DNA from: Acidimicrobiia bacterium
Lineage (GTDB): Bacteria > Actinomycetota > Acidimicrobiia > Spongiisociales > Spongiisociaceae
Assembly: GCA_041576165.1 (NCBI GenBank)
Contig: JBFGLM010000005.1
Coordinates: forward strand, 74,581-138,580
Direction of reading: 5' to 3'
Length of the DNA: 64,000 nucleotides
Position numbers and translations under genes: made by a program. Of this stretch, positions 18,367-28,327 are shown in pieces. Position 1 is the first letter of the stretch. The number at the start of each line of letters is the position of its first letter. The notes under the pieces are model-generated. The model had not been told where the DNA came from and searched no databases. It saw only the letters and a list, made by a program, of their open reading frames with translations.

Positions 18367-20004
18367 TCACTCGGCCACGTCGATCTTCTTGAACAGCGGG
18401 ACGACCTCGCCCAGTGGCGTGCCCGGTTCGAGATCCTCCCGGTTCCATAGATGGTCCTCCACCGCCCCCTTGTGGCCGAGCATCTCATGCACCCTTTGAC
18501 TGCTGACCGGCAGATAAGGGGCCATTGCCACTTTCACTCCGTTGATGGCGCTCAATGCCACAAACAAGGTGGTCGCAGTTCGTTCTGGATCGGTCTTGGC
18601 CGTTTTCCATGGCTCGGTGCTGTTCAGGTAAACGTTGATCTCCTGAGCGGCGTCCATGGCCGTTCGTAACGCTGCCCGGAGCTCGACCTTCTCCAGCTGA
18701 TCGGACGCCGTCTCGAGGGCGGCATCGACCGTCCCCAGCAACCTGAGGTCTTGATCATCGAGTGAACCCGGCGCCGGGATCGACCCTGCAAAGTTCTTGT
18801 GGGTCAACGACAGGACTCGGTTGACCAGGTTGCCCCACGTGGCGACCAGCTCATCGTTGATGCGACGAGCGATCTCATCTTCCGACATGTCCGTGTCGTT
18901 TTGCTCCGGCAGGTTGGCGGCCAATGCGTAGCGGAGGGCGTCCGGCTCGTACCGATCGAGCGCCTCGCCGATCGTGAGTCCCACCCCCCGGCTGGCCGAG
19001 GCCTTCCCGCCTTTGAACGTGACGTATTGGTTGGCCGGGACGTTGGTGGGGAGCTGCAGCCCGCCGTAGCCCATCAGCATTGCCGGCCAGATGATCGTGT
19101 GGAACGGGATGTTGTCTTTCCCGATGAAGTACACGTGTTCGGCGTGCTCGTTATGCCACCAGTCTTTCCAGGCACCCGGGTTGCCGTGGATCTTTGCCCA
19201 CTCCTTCGCGGCTGAGAGATAGCCGATCACGGCGTCGAACCAGACATAGATCTTCTTGCCGGGCCCCAGGTCGTCGACCGGGATATCAACTCCCCAATCG
19301 ATATCGCGGGTGATGGCCCGATCCTGCAGGCCCTCCTCGATCCAGCCGAGTGAGAAGTTGAGCACATGCTTGCGCCAGCCTCGCCGGGAGCGGAGCCAGT
19401 CGCCCAGCCGCTGCTGGAAATCGGACAACCGCAGATAGAAATGCTCGGTGGGCCGGGTCTCGGGAGTAGCTCCGCTGAGTTTGGACCGCGGGTTGATCAG
19501 ATCGGTCGGGTCGAGGGTTCGGCCGCAGTTGTCGCACTGGTCGCCCCGGGCGTCCGGGTAGTCGCAGTGGGGGCATTGGCCCTCGATGTAGCGATCCGGT
19601 AGGAAACGCTCGACCTGGGGATCGAACATCTGCTCGGACGTTCGTTTGTCGATGTAACCCTTTTCGAGCAGCCGCAAGAAGAGGTCCTGGGTAACAGCAT
19701 GATGGTTGGGAGTGCCGGTGGTGGTGAACAGATCCCACGACATTGACAGGCGGTCCCACTCGTCCAGGAATTCGGCGTGGTAGCGATCGACGATCTCCTG
19801 AGGTGGTACACCTTCCTCGTCCGCCCGGACCGTGATCGGGGTGCCATGGACGTCGCTGCCCGACACCATGAGCACCCGGTTGCCGGCGTGGCGGTGGTAG
19901 CGGGCAAAGATGTCGGCGGGCAGATAGGCGCCGGCGAGGTGTCCGATGTGGCGGGAGCCGCTGGCATATGGCCACGCGACGGCCACCAGTACGTGCTTGC
20001 TCAT
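18367..20004 (-). CDS. metG: Methionine--tRNA ligase (short form)
   Basis: AWPYASG..HIGH, SGSDVHG, Zn knuckles CPHC/CDNC, YVWFDA, IGKDNIPFH; KMSKS equivalent is KASAS. Confidence 0.96.
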   Translation of the reverse strand: MSKHVLVAVAWPYASGSRHIGHLAGAYLPADIFARYHRHAGNRVLMVSGSDVHGTPITVRADEEGVPPQEIVDRYHAEFLDEWDRLSMSWDLFTTTGTPNHHAVTQDLFLRLLEKGYIDKRTSEQMFDPQVERFLPDRYIEGQCPHCDYPDARGDQCDNCGRTLDPTDLINPRSKLSGATPETRPTEHFYLRLSDFQQRLGDWLRSRRGWRKHVLNFSLGWIEEGLQDRAITRDIDWGVDIPVDDLGPGKKIYVWFDAVIGYLSAAKEWAKIHGNPGAWKDWWHNEHAEHVYFIGKDNIPFHTIIWPAMLMGYGGLQLPTNVPANQYVTFKGGKASASRGVGLTIGEALDRYEPDALRYALAANLPEQNDTDMSEDEIARRINDELVATWGNLVNRVLSLTHKNFAGSIPAPGSLDDQDLRLLGTVDAALETASDQLEKVELRAALRTAMDAAQEINVYLNSTEPWKTAKTDPERTATTLFVALSAINGVKVAMAPYLPVSSQRVHEMLGHKGAVEDHLWNREDLEPGTPLGEVVPLFKKIDVAE

Positions 20005-20107
20005 GGGGGAGGAGCGTAGCGACGTCCCCATGCGCACGAATCGGGATTACTGGGCGGGCTAGCGCACGTCCGGATGATGCGCCATCATCCGGACAGAGGA
20101 GGCACAC

Positions 20108-21334
20108 ATGGCCCAGATCAGCCGCACCCTCGCGACGTTACGGTCGGTCATCCGATTTCGCGAGTTCGAGCGTGACCCGGTGCTCCGGAGGCTGGCGACC
20201 GCCGCCGACATCGGTGATCTCCGCCGCATCGCCCGGAAGCGTCTGCCGGGCGGCGTGTTCGATTACATCGATGGCGCGGCTGAAGACGAGCGCACCAAGG
20301 CGAAAAACGAGGATTCGTTCCGCCGTCTGGAGTTCCGTCCCCGCGTCCTGCGCGACGTCAGCGGTATCGACCCGTCTTCCACGCTGCTGGGCCGGCCGCT
20401 TGCCTATCCGCTGGTCTTGGCCCCCACGGGATTTTCCCGCATCGCCCATCCCGACGGGGAGCTGGCGGTGGCCCGCGCCGCCCAGCGGGCCGGCATCCCC
20501 TACAGCCTCTCGACGCTGAGCACCCGTTCGATCGAGGAGGTGGCGGCGGTCAGCTCAGGGCGCAATTGGTTCCAGGTGTACGTCTGGAAGGACCGGGGGT
20601 TGGTCAAGGAGATGCTGGAGCGGGCGGCGGAGAGCGGTTATGAGGCCATAGTCATCACCGTCGACACTGCCGTGCTGGGCCGCAGGGAGCGTGATGTGCG
20701 TCGAGGGTTCAGCCTGCCCCCCAAGATCGGCCTCGACACCATCATCGACGGCTTCCTGCATCCGGGCTGGACGCTCGAGTTCATGCGCTCGGAGCCGATC
20801 GCGTTCGCCAATGTGGTGGGTCGGTCGGTGGGCGATGGATCAGATCCGGTGTCACTCTCCGAGTACATCAACTCACAGTTTGACCAGAGCTTGTCCTGGG
20901 CGGACATCGAATGGTTTCGGTCGGCGTGGAACGGGCCGGTGATCATCAAGGGCGTCCAGACCGTCGCGGATGCTGTTTTGGCGGCAGATGCCGGTGTGGA
21001 GGCGATCGCACTGTCCAATCACGGCGGGCGGCAGCTCGACGATGCGCCGGCCCCCATCGATCTCGTTGCTCCCGTGGCCGAAGCTGTGGGCGACCGCCTC
21101 GAGATCATTTGTGACGGAGGCGTTCGTCGGGGCAGTGACATCGTCAAGGCATTGGCCCTGGGAGCAACGGCCTGCATGGCGGGCCGTGCCTACCTGTACG
21201 GCCTGGGGGCGGGAGGCGAGCGCGGGGTCGATCACGTGCTCACATTCCTACGCAGCGGCGTCGAGCGGACGATGGCATTGTGCGGCGTCCGGCGGATCGC
21301 AGACCTCTCCCACGATCTCGTGGTCCGTCGCTGA
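20108..21334 (+). CDS. FMN-dependent alpha-hydroxy acid oxidase/dehydrogenase (LldD-like)
   Basis: FDYIDGAAEDE, LAPTG, WFQVY, SNHGGRQLD, DGGVRRGSDIVKALALGA. Confidence 0.9.
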   Translation: MAQISRTLATLRSVIRFREFERDPVLRRLATAADIGDLRRIARKRLPGGVFDYIDGAAEDERTKAKNEDSFRRLEFRPRVLRDVSGIDPSSTLLGRPLAYPLVLAPTGFSRIAHPDGELAVARAAQRAGIPYSLSTLSTRSIEEVAAVSSGRNWFQVYVWKDRGLVKEMLERAAESGYEAIVITVDTAVLGRRERDVRRGFSLPPKIGLDTIIDGFLHPGWTLEFMRSEPIAFANVVGRSVGDGSDPVSLSEYINSQFDQSLSWADIEWFRSAWNGPVIIKGVQTVADAVLAADAGVEAIALSNHGGRQLDDAPAPIDLVAPVAEAVGDRLEIICDGGVRRGSDIVKALALGATACMAGRAYLYGLGAGGERGVDHVLTFLRSGVERTMALCGVRRIADLSHDLVVRR

Positions 21335-21392
21335 GCCGGCGCCTGGGATCGCAGTTCGCGCGGCCAATGGGCGATGCTTCAATAGTGGGACC

Positions 21393-22082
21393 ATGGATAC
21401 GACGCTCTCGGCCCTGGCGGCAGTGGCGGCGACCGCCTTCTTCGTCGATCTGGCTCGCAACTACCTGTCGAAGGAGCGCCCGCACGTGGCCGCGTACGCG
21501 GCCGGGATAGGAACGTTCGCGGTCGCAACCTGGGCTCTGTTCTTCGGGGTTCTCGCCGGCTGGACCTCCGCTTCCTATCGCACGTTCTATCTGTTCGGTG
21601 CGATCGTGTCCGTACCGCTGCTGGCATTGGGGTCGATGTTTCTCGTCGTGGGCCGCCGGTCGGGTCATCTGATGACTTTTGCGCTGTTTCCGCTATTCGC
21701 CATCTCCATCCCCATGACGTTGGCGGAACCCTTCGTCGGTCCCCTTCCGTCGGGCGGGGTGCCGGCCGGGTCCGAACTGTTCGAAGCCGGGTTCGGCCCG
21801 CGGATGTGGGCGGCCATCGGGAGCGGGGTGGGGGCGACAATCTTGATCAGCCTGGCGTTGGTCTCCGTGTTTCGATTCTGGCGGGCGAACCGGCGGGTGG
21901 TGTGGGGCAACCTGCTGATCCTCGCCGGAACTTTCGCCGCCAGCTCCGGCGGGACGGTCCTGGCCCTGGGGGAGCAAAGCGGGTTTGCGCTTTCGCTCTT
22001 GCTGGCCGCCGGCTTGATATGGGCGGGCTACCGGGTGGCGTCCGGCGCCCGCCGGCGGGCGCCCGAGCCCGTCACCCGCTGA
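21393..22082 (+). CDS. Multi-pass membrane protein, unknown function
   Basis: ATG 21393; about 6-7 TM segments; YRTFYLFGA...LALGS. Confidence 0.75.
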   Translation: MDTTLSALAAVAATAFFVDLARNYLSKERPHVAAYAAGIGTFAVATWALFFGVLAGWTSASYRTFYLFGAIVSVPLLALGSMFLVVGRRSGHLMTFALFPLFAISIPMTLAEPFVGPLPSGGVPAGSELFEAGFGPRMWAAIGSGVGATILISLALVSVFRFWRANRRVVWGNLLILAGTFAASSGGTVLALGEQSGFALSLLLAAGLIWAGYRVASGARRRAPEPVTR

Positions 22083-22141
22083 TCGACCTGCCGGAGTCCC
22101 GGTCGGGTGGAGACCGGGACCCCTCAGGCGTTGCTCCAGGA

Positions 22142-22897
22142 TCACGAGTTGTGGTCGTCGATTGCGTCGCGCAATGCTTCGACCGACGCTCGCAGGCCCC
22201 GCACGGCGCTGTGCGCCAAATCTCCGGCGTCGTGGAGTGTTCCCCGGGCGCCCTGCAGCTGCGATTGGGCCGGTTCGGGCCAGTCCGAAGCCGCCAGGCC
22301 GATGATGTCTTCGGCCACCGGGTCAGCGGTCGCCGCCGCCCCAGCTGCGTCGGCCAATGCAGCGTCAAGCAGCTCCTGAGCCGCCGATACGTCGATTCCT
22401 GAATCCGATGCCCGATCGACGGCGGCCTGGATCTCCGCGCCGGCTTCGGCGATGCGGTCGCCGGCGGCCACGATGGTGTCGGAAACCACGACGCCGTGGG
22501 ACTTGGGCACGATGACGAGGAAGACCCGATACTCGGTGGCGATCTTCGGCGTCAGGGTCAGCGCCTCTTCCAGATCTGTGGCCGCCTGAATCTCGGCGTT
22601 GAGATCGGTTAGCCCGGATTCTGCCGCGGCGTAGTCGGACAGCAGGTCAGTTTGGTGGTTGAATGCGATGTGTTCGTTGTCGTTGATCGCCTCGGTCAGG
22701 CGAGCCAGCGCGTCGAGCCGGCGGTCGACGGCTTTTTGTGCATGCACTTTGACACGCTCCAGCGCTTTGTCCGGGTCGTGGCGCTCGACCTGGTCCAGTC
22801 GGTTCTCATCGGGCCCCGTATTCGTCTGGGCCGCGGCCGGCAAGGCGGCGACCATGATGATCAGGCCGGCGGTCAACAGGGTGGCGATTCGTTTCAT
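22142..22897 (-). CDS. Secreted alpha-helical hypothetical protein
   Basis: Signal peptide MKRIATLL...AAAQ; Ala/Asp/Glu-rich helices; ATGA overlap with the upstream gene. Confidence 0.75.
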   Translation of the reverse strand: MKRIATLLTAGLIIMVAALPAAAQTNTGPDENRLDQVERHDPDKALERVKVHAQKAVDRRLDALARLTEAINDNEHIAFNHQTDLLSDYAAAESGLTDLNAEIQAATDLEEALTLTPKIATEYRVFLVIVPKSHGVVVSDTIVAAGDRIAEAGAEIQAAVDRASDSGIDVSAAQELLDAALADAAGAAATADPVAEDIIGLAASDWPEPAQSQLQGARGTLHDAGDLAHSAVRGLRASVEALRDAIDDHNS

Positions 22898-23271
22898 TGG
22901 CTGACGTCTCCTTCGTCGGCGGTGAGGCTGTTGCTGAGTTCGGTGAGTAGCCCATCGATGTCGGCCATCAGAACGTCCAGTTCGCCGGTGTCCGGGACCG
23001 AGATAGCGGGGGTCTGCGGCACGACCTGTTCTGCGGCCGGCTGCGTCATGGGGTCTGCCGGGGCCGCAGCCGGGGTTGTCGTTGGCTGCCCGGTGGTGGT
23101 GGTCGGCATCTCCGCCCGTTCGGCCGGAACCGATACGCCCGCGGCCGCGACGGCCGGCTCGGAAGTGCGCGGCGCAACTCGGGGCTGGTCGGGGACCTCG
23201 GACGGAGCTGCCAGCCCGTCGCCACACGCCCCCAAGAGGAGCATGCCGATGACAAACACCCTTTTCTTCAT
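22894..23271 (-). CDS. Small lipoprotein
   Basis: MKKRVFVIGMLLLGAC lipobox, Pro/Thr/Ala linker, acidic C-terminal helix. Confidence 0.7.
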   Translation of the reverse strand: MKKRVFVIGMLLLGACGDGLAAPSEVPDQPRVAPRTSEPAVAAAGVSVPAERAEMPTTTTGQPTTTPAAAPADPMTQPAAEQVVPQTPAISVPDTGELDVLMADIDGLLTELSNSLTADEGDVSQ

Positions 23272-23436
23272 GACGAGCACTCTCCTGATCGGCATCATCT
23301 CCAGCTTCGGGAAGACGGATTGGGAGGCTGTGAGTCAATCGTTAGAAGTCTGTTAGTTGGCGTCACGGGCCGGCACGAGGCTTGGGGCGTTCCCGGCTGG
23401 TTCCGAACGGCGGGTGAGCCGTTAGCCTCCCCGCCC

Positions 23437-23802
23437 ATGGCTATCGCAAGTTTCAGTCTGGTTGCGATCGACTGCCCTGATCCGCACCGGCTAGCCGAGT
23501 TCTACAGCATCGTTACTGGCTGGCAAATCGGCTACGAGGAAGAGGATTGGGTGCAGCTCGAAAGCGACGTTGGCGCCACTATCGCCTTTCAACGTGTCTT
23601 GGATCACGTGCCACCCGTCTGGCCGGGAACCGAGCACCCGCAGCAGCTGCACATCGACTTCGACGTGCCCGACCTCGACGAAGGAGAGGCCCGGGTGCTG
23701 GAGGCCGGTGCTCGCAAGGCGGGCGTGCAACCGGGGACCAGCTGGCGGGTCTACCTAGACCCCGCGGGCCATCCGTTCTGTCTGGTCAAAGCAGATTCCT
23801 GA
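23437..23802 (+). CDS. VOC/glyoxalase family protein
   Basis: IDCPDPHRLAEFY, QQLHIDFDV, DPAGHPFCL. Confidence 0.88.
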   Translation: MAIASFSLVAIDCPDPHRLAEFYSIVTGWQIGYEEEDWVQLESDVGATIAFQRVLDHVPPVWPGTEHPQQLHIDFDVPDLDEGEARVLEAGARKAGVQPGTSWRVYLDPAGHPFCLVKADS

Positions 23803-23844
23803 GCCGGACCGCAAGCGGGGGGATATTCATCACAGCGTCGGCGG

Positions 23845-24981
23845 TCAGTGGTCGTGCGCGGCGGCTCCGTCTGGCACCACCACGGTCGCCAGCCACGTAG
23901 TGAATGGCACGGAGGCGATCAGCCCCATCGAACCGATCAGGGTGCGGATGATCTCGGTAGCCACCACCTCGCTGTTGGCCACAGTGCCGAGCGATTGCTG
24001 GGATACGAGGAACAGCAGCAGCAGCGGTAGCGAAGCGCCCGCATATGCGAGCGCAAGGGTGTTGACCGTGCTCCCGATGTGCGCTCGGCCGATGCGAAGC
24101 GTGGCGGCGAATATGTCGGCCCGGGACATCTCGGCCGAAGCGGCTCGCAGTTCCCACACCGCTTCTGTCTGGGTGATGGTCACGTCGTCGATGGCGCCGA
24201 TCGCCCCAAGCACGATCCCGGCCAGGACCAGCCCCCGCAGGTCGAAATCGCTGGAGAGGAGCGGCAGAAAGAGTGACTCCTCGCTGGTCAGGCCGGACAG
24301 CTCCGCCACGGCGATGACCAGCCAAGACAAGATGGCGACAGCACCGAGGCTGCCGAGCGCACCGGCCAGCGCGACGGTTGTGCGAAGCGTGATTCCATGT
24401 CCGATGTAGAACGCCACATACGCGATCGCGGACGCTCCCACGACCGCTATGACCACGGGGTTCGCCCCGTTGACGATACTGGGTAAAACAAACCACAGCA
24501 GCAGCAGGAATGACGACCCCAGCGCCGCGAGCGCGGCTATCCCGCGCCAGCCTCCCAACGCCACCACCGCCAGGGCGAAGAGTGCAGCAACGGCCCACAG
24601 CACGTCGCGACGCTGGCGATCGGCGAAGGAATACTGGAAGTCCGGCTCGGCCTCCGCCACATAGTTCAGGACGACTCGGTCTCCCGGCTCGAGATCCGGA
24701 TCGGTCGCATCGCCGAAGAAGTCCTGCCGGCTGCGCTGGCCGCCGTCCGAGCCGTCGGTGATCTCGTATTCGACTGCGATGCACTCCAGGTCGGGCACGT
24801 TGGTGCAGGGGGCCGGGCCGACCGCCACCACCTCGGCCGGCACCACGTCGGTGGCGAAGATGCGGGCCGTGTCTGTCTCCTGGATCGGCCCCGGCCACAG
24901 CGCAACGATCAGCGCCAGTATCGTAATCCCGGTAACGGCGATGACGGCCACGAGCGTCCGGGCGGTGCTCGAGCTGCTCAT
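23845..24981 (-). CDS. YibE/F family membrane protein
   Basis: GAIGAIDDVTITQ, GRAHIGSTVNTLALAYAGASLPLL, EIIRTLIGS. Confidence 0.88.
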   Translation of the reverse strand: MSSSSTARTLVAVIAVTGITILALIVALWPGPIQETDTARIFATDVVPAEVVAVGPAPCTNVPDLECIAVEYEITDGSDGGQRSRQDFFGDATDPDLEPGDRVVLNYVAEAEPDFQYSFADRQRRDVLWAVAALFALAVVALGGWRGIAALAALGSSFLLLLWFVLPSIVNGANPVVIAVVGASAIAYVAFYIGHGITLRTTVALAGALGSLGAVAILSWLVIAVAELSGLTSEESLFLPLLSSDFDLRGLVLAGIVLGAIGAIDDVTITQTEAVWELRAASAEMSRADIFAATLRIGRAHIGSTVNTLALAYAGASLPLLLLFLVSQQSLGTVANSEVVATEIIRTLIGSMGLIASVPFTTWLATVVVPDGAAAHDH

Positions 24982-25103
24982 CGGACCAGGTAAGCACAGG
25001 AAGCGTCCCGCTCGTCGTCTTGCGGTGGATCTAGCATTACCGCACCGGGTGCGACCGCGGCAACGGTCGCCACCTACGATCCCGGCGGCGAAGGGGTGCA
25101 CGA

Positions 25104-25889
25104 GTGCCGTATGCCACCCACGGCGACATACAGATCTATTACGAGCTGCACGGTTCCGGAGATCCCGTCATGTTGCTGACCGGTCTGGGCGGCGTCGGCG
25201 CGGCGTGGGGCCCCCAGATCGAACTGTTCGCGTCCGACTACCTCACCATCGTTCCCGACCACCGCGGGACTGGGAGATCCTCAAAGCCGGCCGACGGTTA
25301 CACCATCGAGGCGCTGGCGGCCGACATGGCCGAAACGCTGCGCCAGGTGGACGTCGGTCCGGCCCATATCGTGGGGTCATCCACCGGTGGAGCTTTCGGC
25401 CAGGTGATGGCTCTTGATCATCCTGAGGTCGTTCGCAGCCTCATCCTGGCGTCCTCCTGGGCTCGACCCGACAACCACTTCCTCCACCAGTTCGCGACCC
25501 GGCGCCGGGTGCTACACGAAGCGGGGCCGGCGGCGTACGTCGAAACGACCGCGCTGTTTCTGTTCTCGCCGCGATACATGCGGGATCACTATCCGGAGGT
25601 GCAGGCGTGGTGCGCCCGAACTGCGGCCGCCACCGATCGTGAGCTCATGTCGGCCCGAATCGACATGATCACGGCCCACGACACCTTCGACCGGCTGGGG
25701 TCGATCAACGTCCCCACGCTGGTTGTTGTTGGCGCCGAGGACGCGTGCACACCGCCGGCGTTGTCGCGCGAGCTCGCGGAGCGCGTCGTCCAGGCCGAGT
25801 ACGTGGAGCTGCCCGGCGGCCACCTTCTCTACCGAGAGGACCCCAACGCATTCTTCAACGCAGTCCGTGAGTTCATCGATCACCACTGA
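25104..25889 (+). CDS. Alpha/beta hydrolase (RutD/PcaD-like)
   Basis: DHRGTGRS, GSSTGG nucleophile elbow, GAEDACTPP, GGH. Confidence 0.85.
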   Translation: MPYATHGDIQIYYELHGSGDPVMLLTGLGGVGAAWGPQIELFASDYLTIVPDHRGTGRSSKPADGYTIEALAADMAETLRQVDVGPAHIVGSSTGGAFGQVMALDHPEVVRSLILASSWARPDNHFLHQFATRRRVLHEAGPAAYVETTALFLFSPRYMRDHYPEVQAWCARTAAATDRELMSARIDMITAHDTFDRLGSINVPTLVVVGAEDACTPPALSRELAERVVQAEYVELPGGHLLYREDPNAFFNAVREFIDHH

Positions 25890-26505
25890 CGCCACCTCGG
25901 TCGGAAGGGAAGCCCAGGTCGAGGCGGGGTAGAAGAATTTGGACCAGCGGACCGATGGTGACGGCGAAGACGATGGTGCCCAGCCCCACATTGCCCCCCA
26001 AGAGCCAGCCGATCAGCAGCGCCGACCCCTCGACCACGGTGCGGGCCAGCCGCAGTGATATGCCCCGGGCGGCAATGCCGGTCATCAACCCGTCCCGCGG
26101 TCCCGGGCCCAATCTGACGCCAATGTAGAAACCAGATCCGATGGCCACTATCACGATCCCGGCCAGAAACAGGGGCCAGCGGATCCACAGAGGTCCGACA
26201 TCGGGCAGCAGAAAAAGCACGACGTCGATGATCAGGCCGATCCAGATCGAGTTGACAACCGTCCCGATGCCGATCCGCTGCCTCAGCGGAATCCAGAAGA
26301 ACAAGACCAGAAACGACACCAGGATCCCGGCCACACCGATGGTGATGGGCGTGTTGAGGGAGATGCCTTGATGGAGCACTTCCCAGGGAGAGAGCCCAAC
26401 CGCGGCCCGTATCTGCATCGCCCCGCCGATACCGAACAACGTCAGTCCGAACATGAGTCTGGGCAGGCGGCGAACCACGTCCTGCAACGGCATCGCGACG
26501 GCCAT
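25873..26505 (-). CDS. YczE/YyaS-like membrane protein
   Basis: GLSPWEVLHQG, LGPGPRDGLMTG, GWLLGGNVGLGT. Confidence 0.85.
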   Translation of the reverse strand: MAVAMPLQDVVRRLPRLMFGLTLFGIGGAMQIRAAVGLSPWEVLHQGISLNTPITIGVAGILVSFLVLFFWIPLRQRIGIGTVVNSIWIGLIIDVVLFLLPDVGPLWIRWPLFLAGIVIVAIGSGFYIGVRLGPGPRDGLMTGIAARGISLRLARTVVEGSALLIGWLLGGNVGLGTIVFAVTIGPLVQILLPRLDLGFPSDRGGVSGDR

Positions 26506-26538
26506 AGCCGGCGCAGATTAGGGGTGCGGCTGCACGTT

Positions 26539-28146
26539 TCAGGCCCGCTCGCGCAGCTCTACCCGCCGGATCTTGCCGGAGATCGTTTTCGGCAACTCGT
26601 CGACGAACTCGATCTCCCGTGGGTATTTGTAAGGTGCCGTGATCGACTTCACGTGGTCCTGAATGTCGGCGCGCAGCGCGTCAGAACCAGTGTGGCCCGG
26701 CGCCAGGATCACATAGGCCTTGACGATATGGCCGCGCTCAGGGTCGGGTTTGCCGACCACCGCCGCCTCGGCCACCGCCGGGTGTTCGATGAGCGCCGAC
26801 TCGACCTCGAAGGGACCGATCCGGTACGCAGCGGACAGGATCACGTCATCGGCGCGGCCCACGAACCAGAAGTAGCCGTCCTCGTCCCGATACGCGCGGT
26901 CCCCGGTGTAGTACCAGCCGTGGCGGAACACCTCGGCGTTGCGTTCCTCGTCCTGCCAGTATCCGCGGAACAGCCCGACCGGCCACGGCTCGGTGCGAAC
27001 GGCGATGTGACCCTCCACTCCATCGGGGCAGATCGCGCCGTCGTCGTCCACGATATCGACGTCCATGCCTGGGGCCGGTCGCCCCATAGAGCCGGGCTTG
27101 ACCTCGAGTGCCGGATAGTTGGCAACCAAACACACCGATTCCGTCTGCCCGTAGCCGTCGTACGGGACAGTGCCGGTGGCGGCATGCCACGTTTCGATCA
27201 CTTCCGGGTTGAGCGGCTCACCGGCGCTGGTGCAGTGGCGCAGGGTCGACCAGTTGAAGGAGCTCAGATCCATCTGGGCGAATGCGCGATACAAAGTGGG
27301 AGGGGCACAGAACGAGGTGACCCCCAATTCGCCGATCAAGTGAAGCATCCGTTCGAAATCGGGTTTGCCCACGATGTCCCACATGACAACCGTCGCTCCC
27401 ATGATCCACTGGCCGAACAGCTTGCCCCACGCGGCCTTGGCCCAACCGGTGTCCGAGACCGTCCAATGGATGTCGTTGGGCCCCAGGTCGTGCCAGAAGC
27501 GGGCGGTGATCTCATGGCCCAGCGCGTAGGAGCCGGCATGCTGAACCATCTTCGGCCCGGCTGTTGTGCCCGATGTGAAGTACAGGAGCAGCGGGTCGCC
27601 GGCTCGGGTCGGCTCCACCGGCGCCGGGCCGGCGCCGACGCCGTCGAGTTCCGATCCGAGTGAGCGCCAGCCGGGCTGGTTGGCTCCCACCACGAACCGT
27701 GCCGTGAGTGATGGACAGTCGTCAGCTACCTGCGCCAGTCGGGCCGCGCCCGTCGCGTCGCACACGGCGGCGGTCGCGCCGGCCCGGTTGATGCGGTATT
27801 GCTGATCTTTGGGCATCAGCTGGGTGGTGCCGGGCATCGGCACGGCCCCTATCTGAAAGCAGCCCAGCAGAACGGCATACCACTCGACAATCCTGGGAAG
27901 CTGCACGAACACCCGATCCCCCGCACCAATGCCGCAGCCACGGAGCAGGTGGGCGGTGCGATGAGCCAGGTCGGATAGGTCGGCATATGTATACCGGTTG
28001 ATCGTCTCGCCGTCGGCTTCGACGCCGATCAACGCTACCTCATCGGGCCCTTCGGAGGCCCGGCGGTGCATGACGTCGCCGGTGAAGTTGTAGTACTCCG
28101 GCACCTCGACCCCAAACTCGGCCCGAGTTTCCTCATAGCTGGTCAT
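26539..28146 (-). CDS. Medium-chain acyl-CoA synthetase (ACSM-like)
   Basis: YFTSGTTAGPK, SDTGWAK, AGEPLN, YGQTE, TGDRA, GRADD, YKYPR, PKTISGKI. Confidence 0.92.
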   Translation of the reverse strand: MTSYEETRAEFGVEVPEYYNFTGDVMHRRASEGPDEVALIGVEADGETINRYTYADLSDLAHRTAHLLRGCGIGAGDRVFVQLPRIVEWYAVLLGCFQIGAVPMPGTTQLMPKDQQYRINRAGATAAVCDATGAARLAQVADDCPSLTARFVVGANQPGWRSLGSELDGVGAGPAPVEPTRAGDPLLLYFTSGTTAGPKMVQHAGSYALGHEITARFWHDLGPNDIHWTVSDTGWAKAAWGKLFGQWIMGATVVMWDIVGKPDFERMLHLIGELGVTSFCAPPTLYRAFAQMDLSSFNWSTLRHCTSAGEPLNPEVIETWHAATGTVPYDGYGQTESVCLVANYPALEVKPGSMGRPAPGMDVDIVDDDGAICPDGVEGHIAVRTEPWPVGLFRGYWQDEERNAEVFRHGWYYTGDRAYRDEDGYFWFVGRADDVILSAAYRIGPFEVESALIEHPAVAEAAVVGKPDPERGHIVKAYVILAPGHTGSDALRADIQDHVKSITAPYKYPREIEFVDELPKTISGKIRRVELRERA

Positions 28147-28327
28147 GTTCGGCAAAGTGGTCACCTCCCGGCACGCAGGGTACCGATCGTGCCCAGGGGC
28201 AGGCCGGCTGCGGCGCCCGGTTTGCGGCCGCGTTCCGATAATCGCCGCCGGGGACAAGGTCCGTCTTTGCTACTTTGACGGGACAGTCCCGGTCCAACGG
28301 GAGACCCGGCGCACAGGAGACTTGCGG

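Noticed and set aside
18985-19020. MetRS KMSKS motif reads KASAS
   Set aside because: This motif varies in actinobacterial-type MetRS; all other motifs are intact, so it is not evidence of a pseudogene.
20108-21334. Possible mycofactocin oxidase MftD
   Set aside because: Same family, but no mftA/B/C/E/F genes in the window; kept as a generic alpha-hydroxy acid oxidase.
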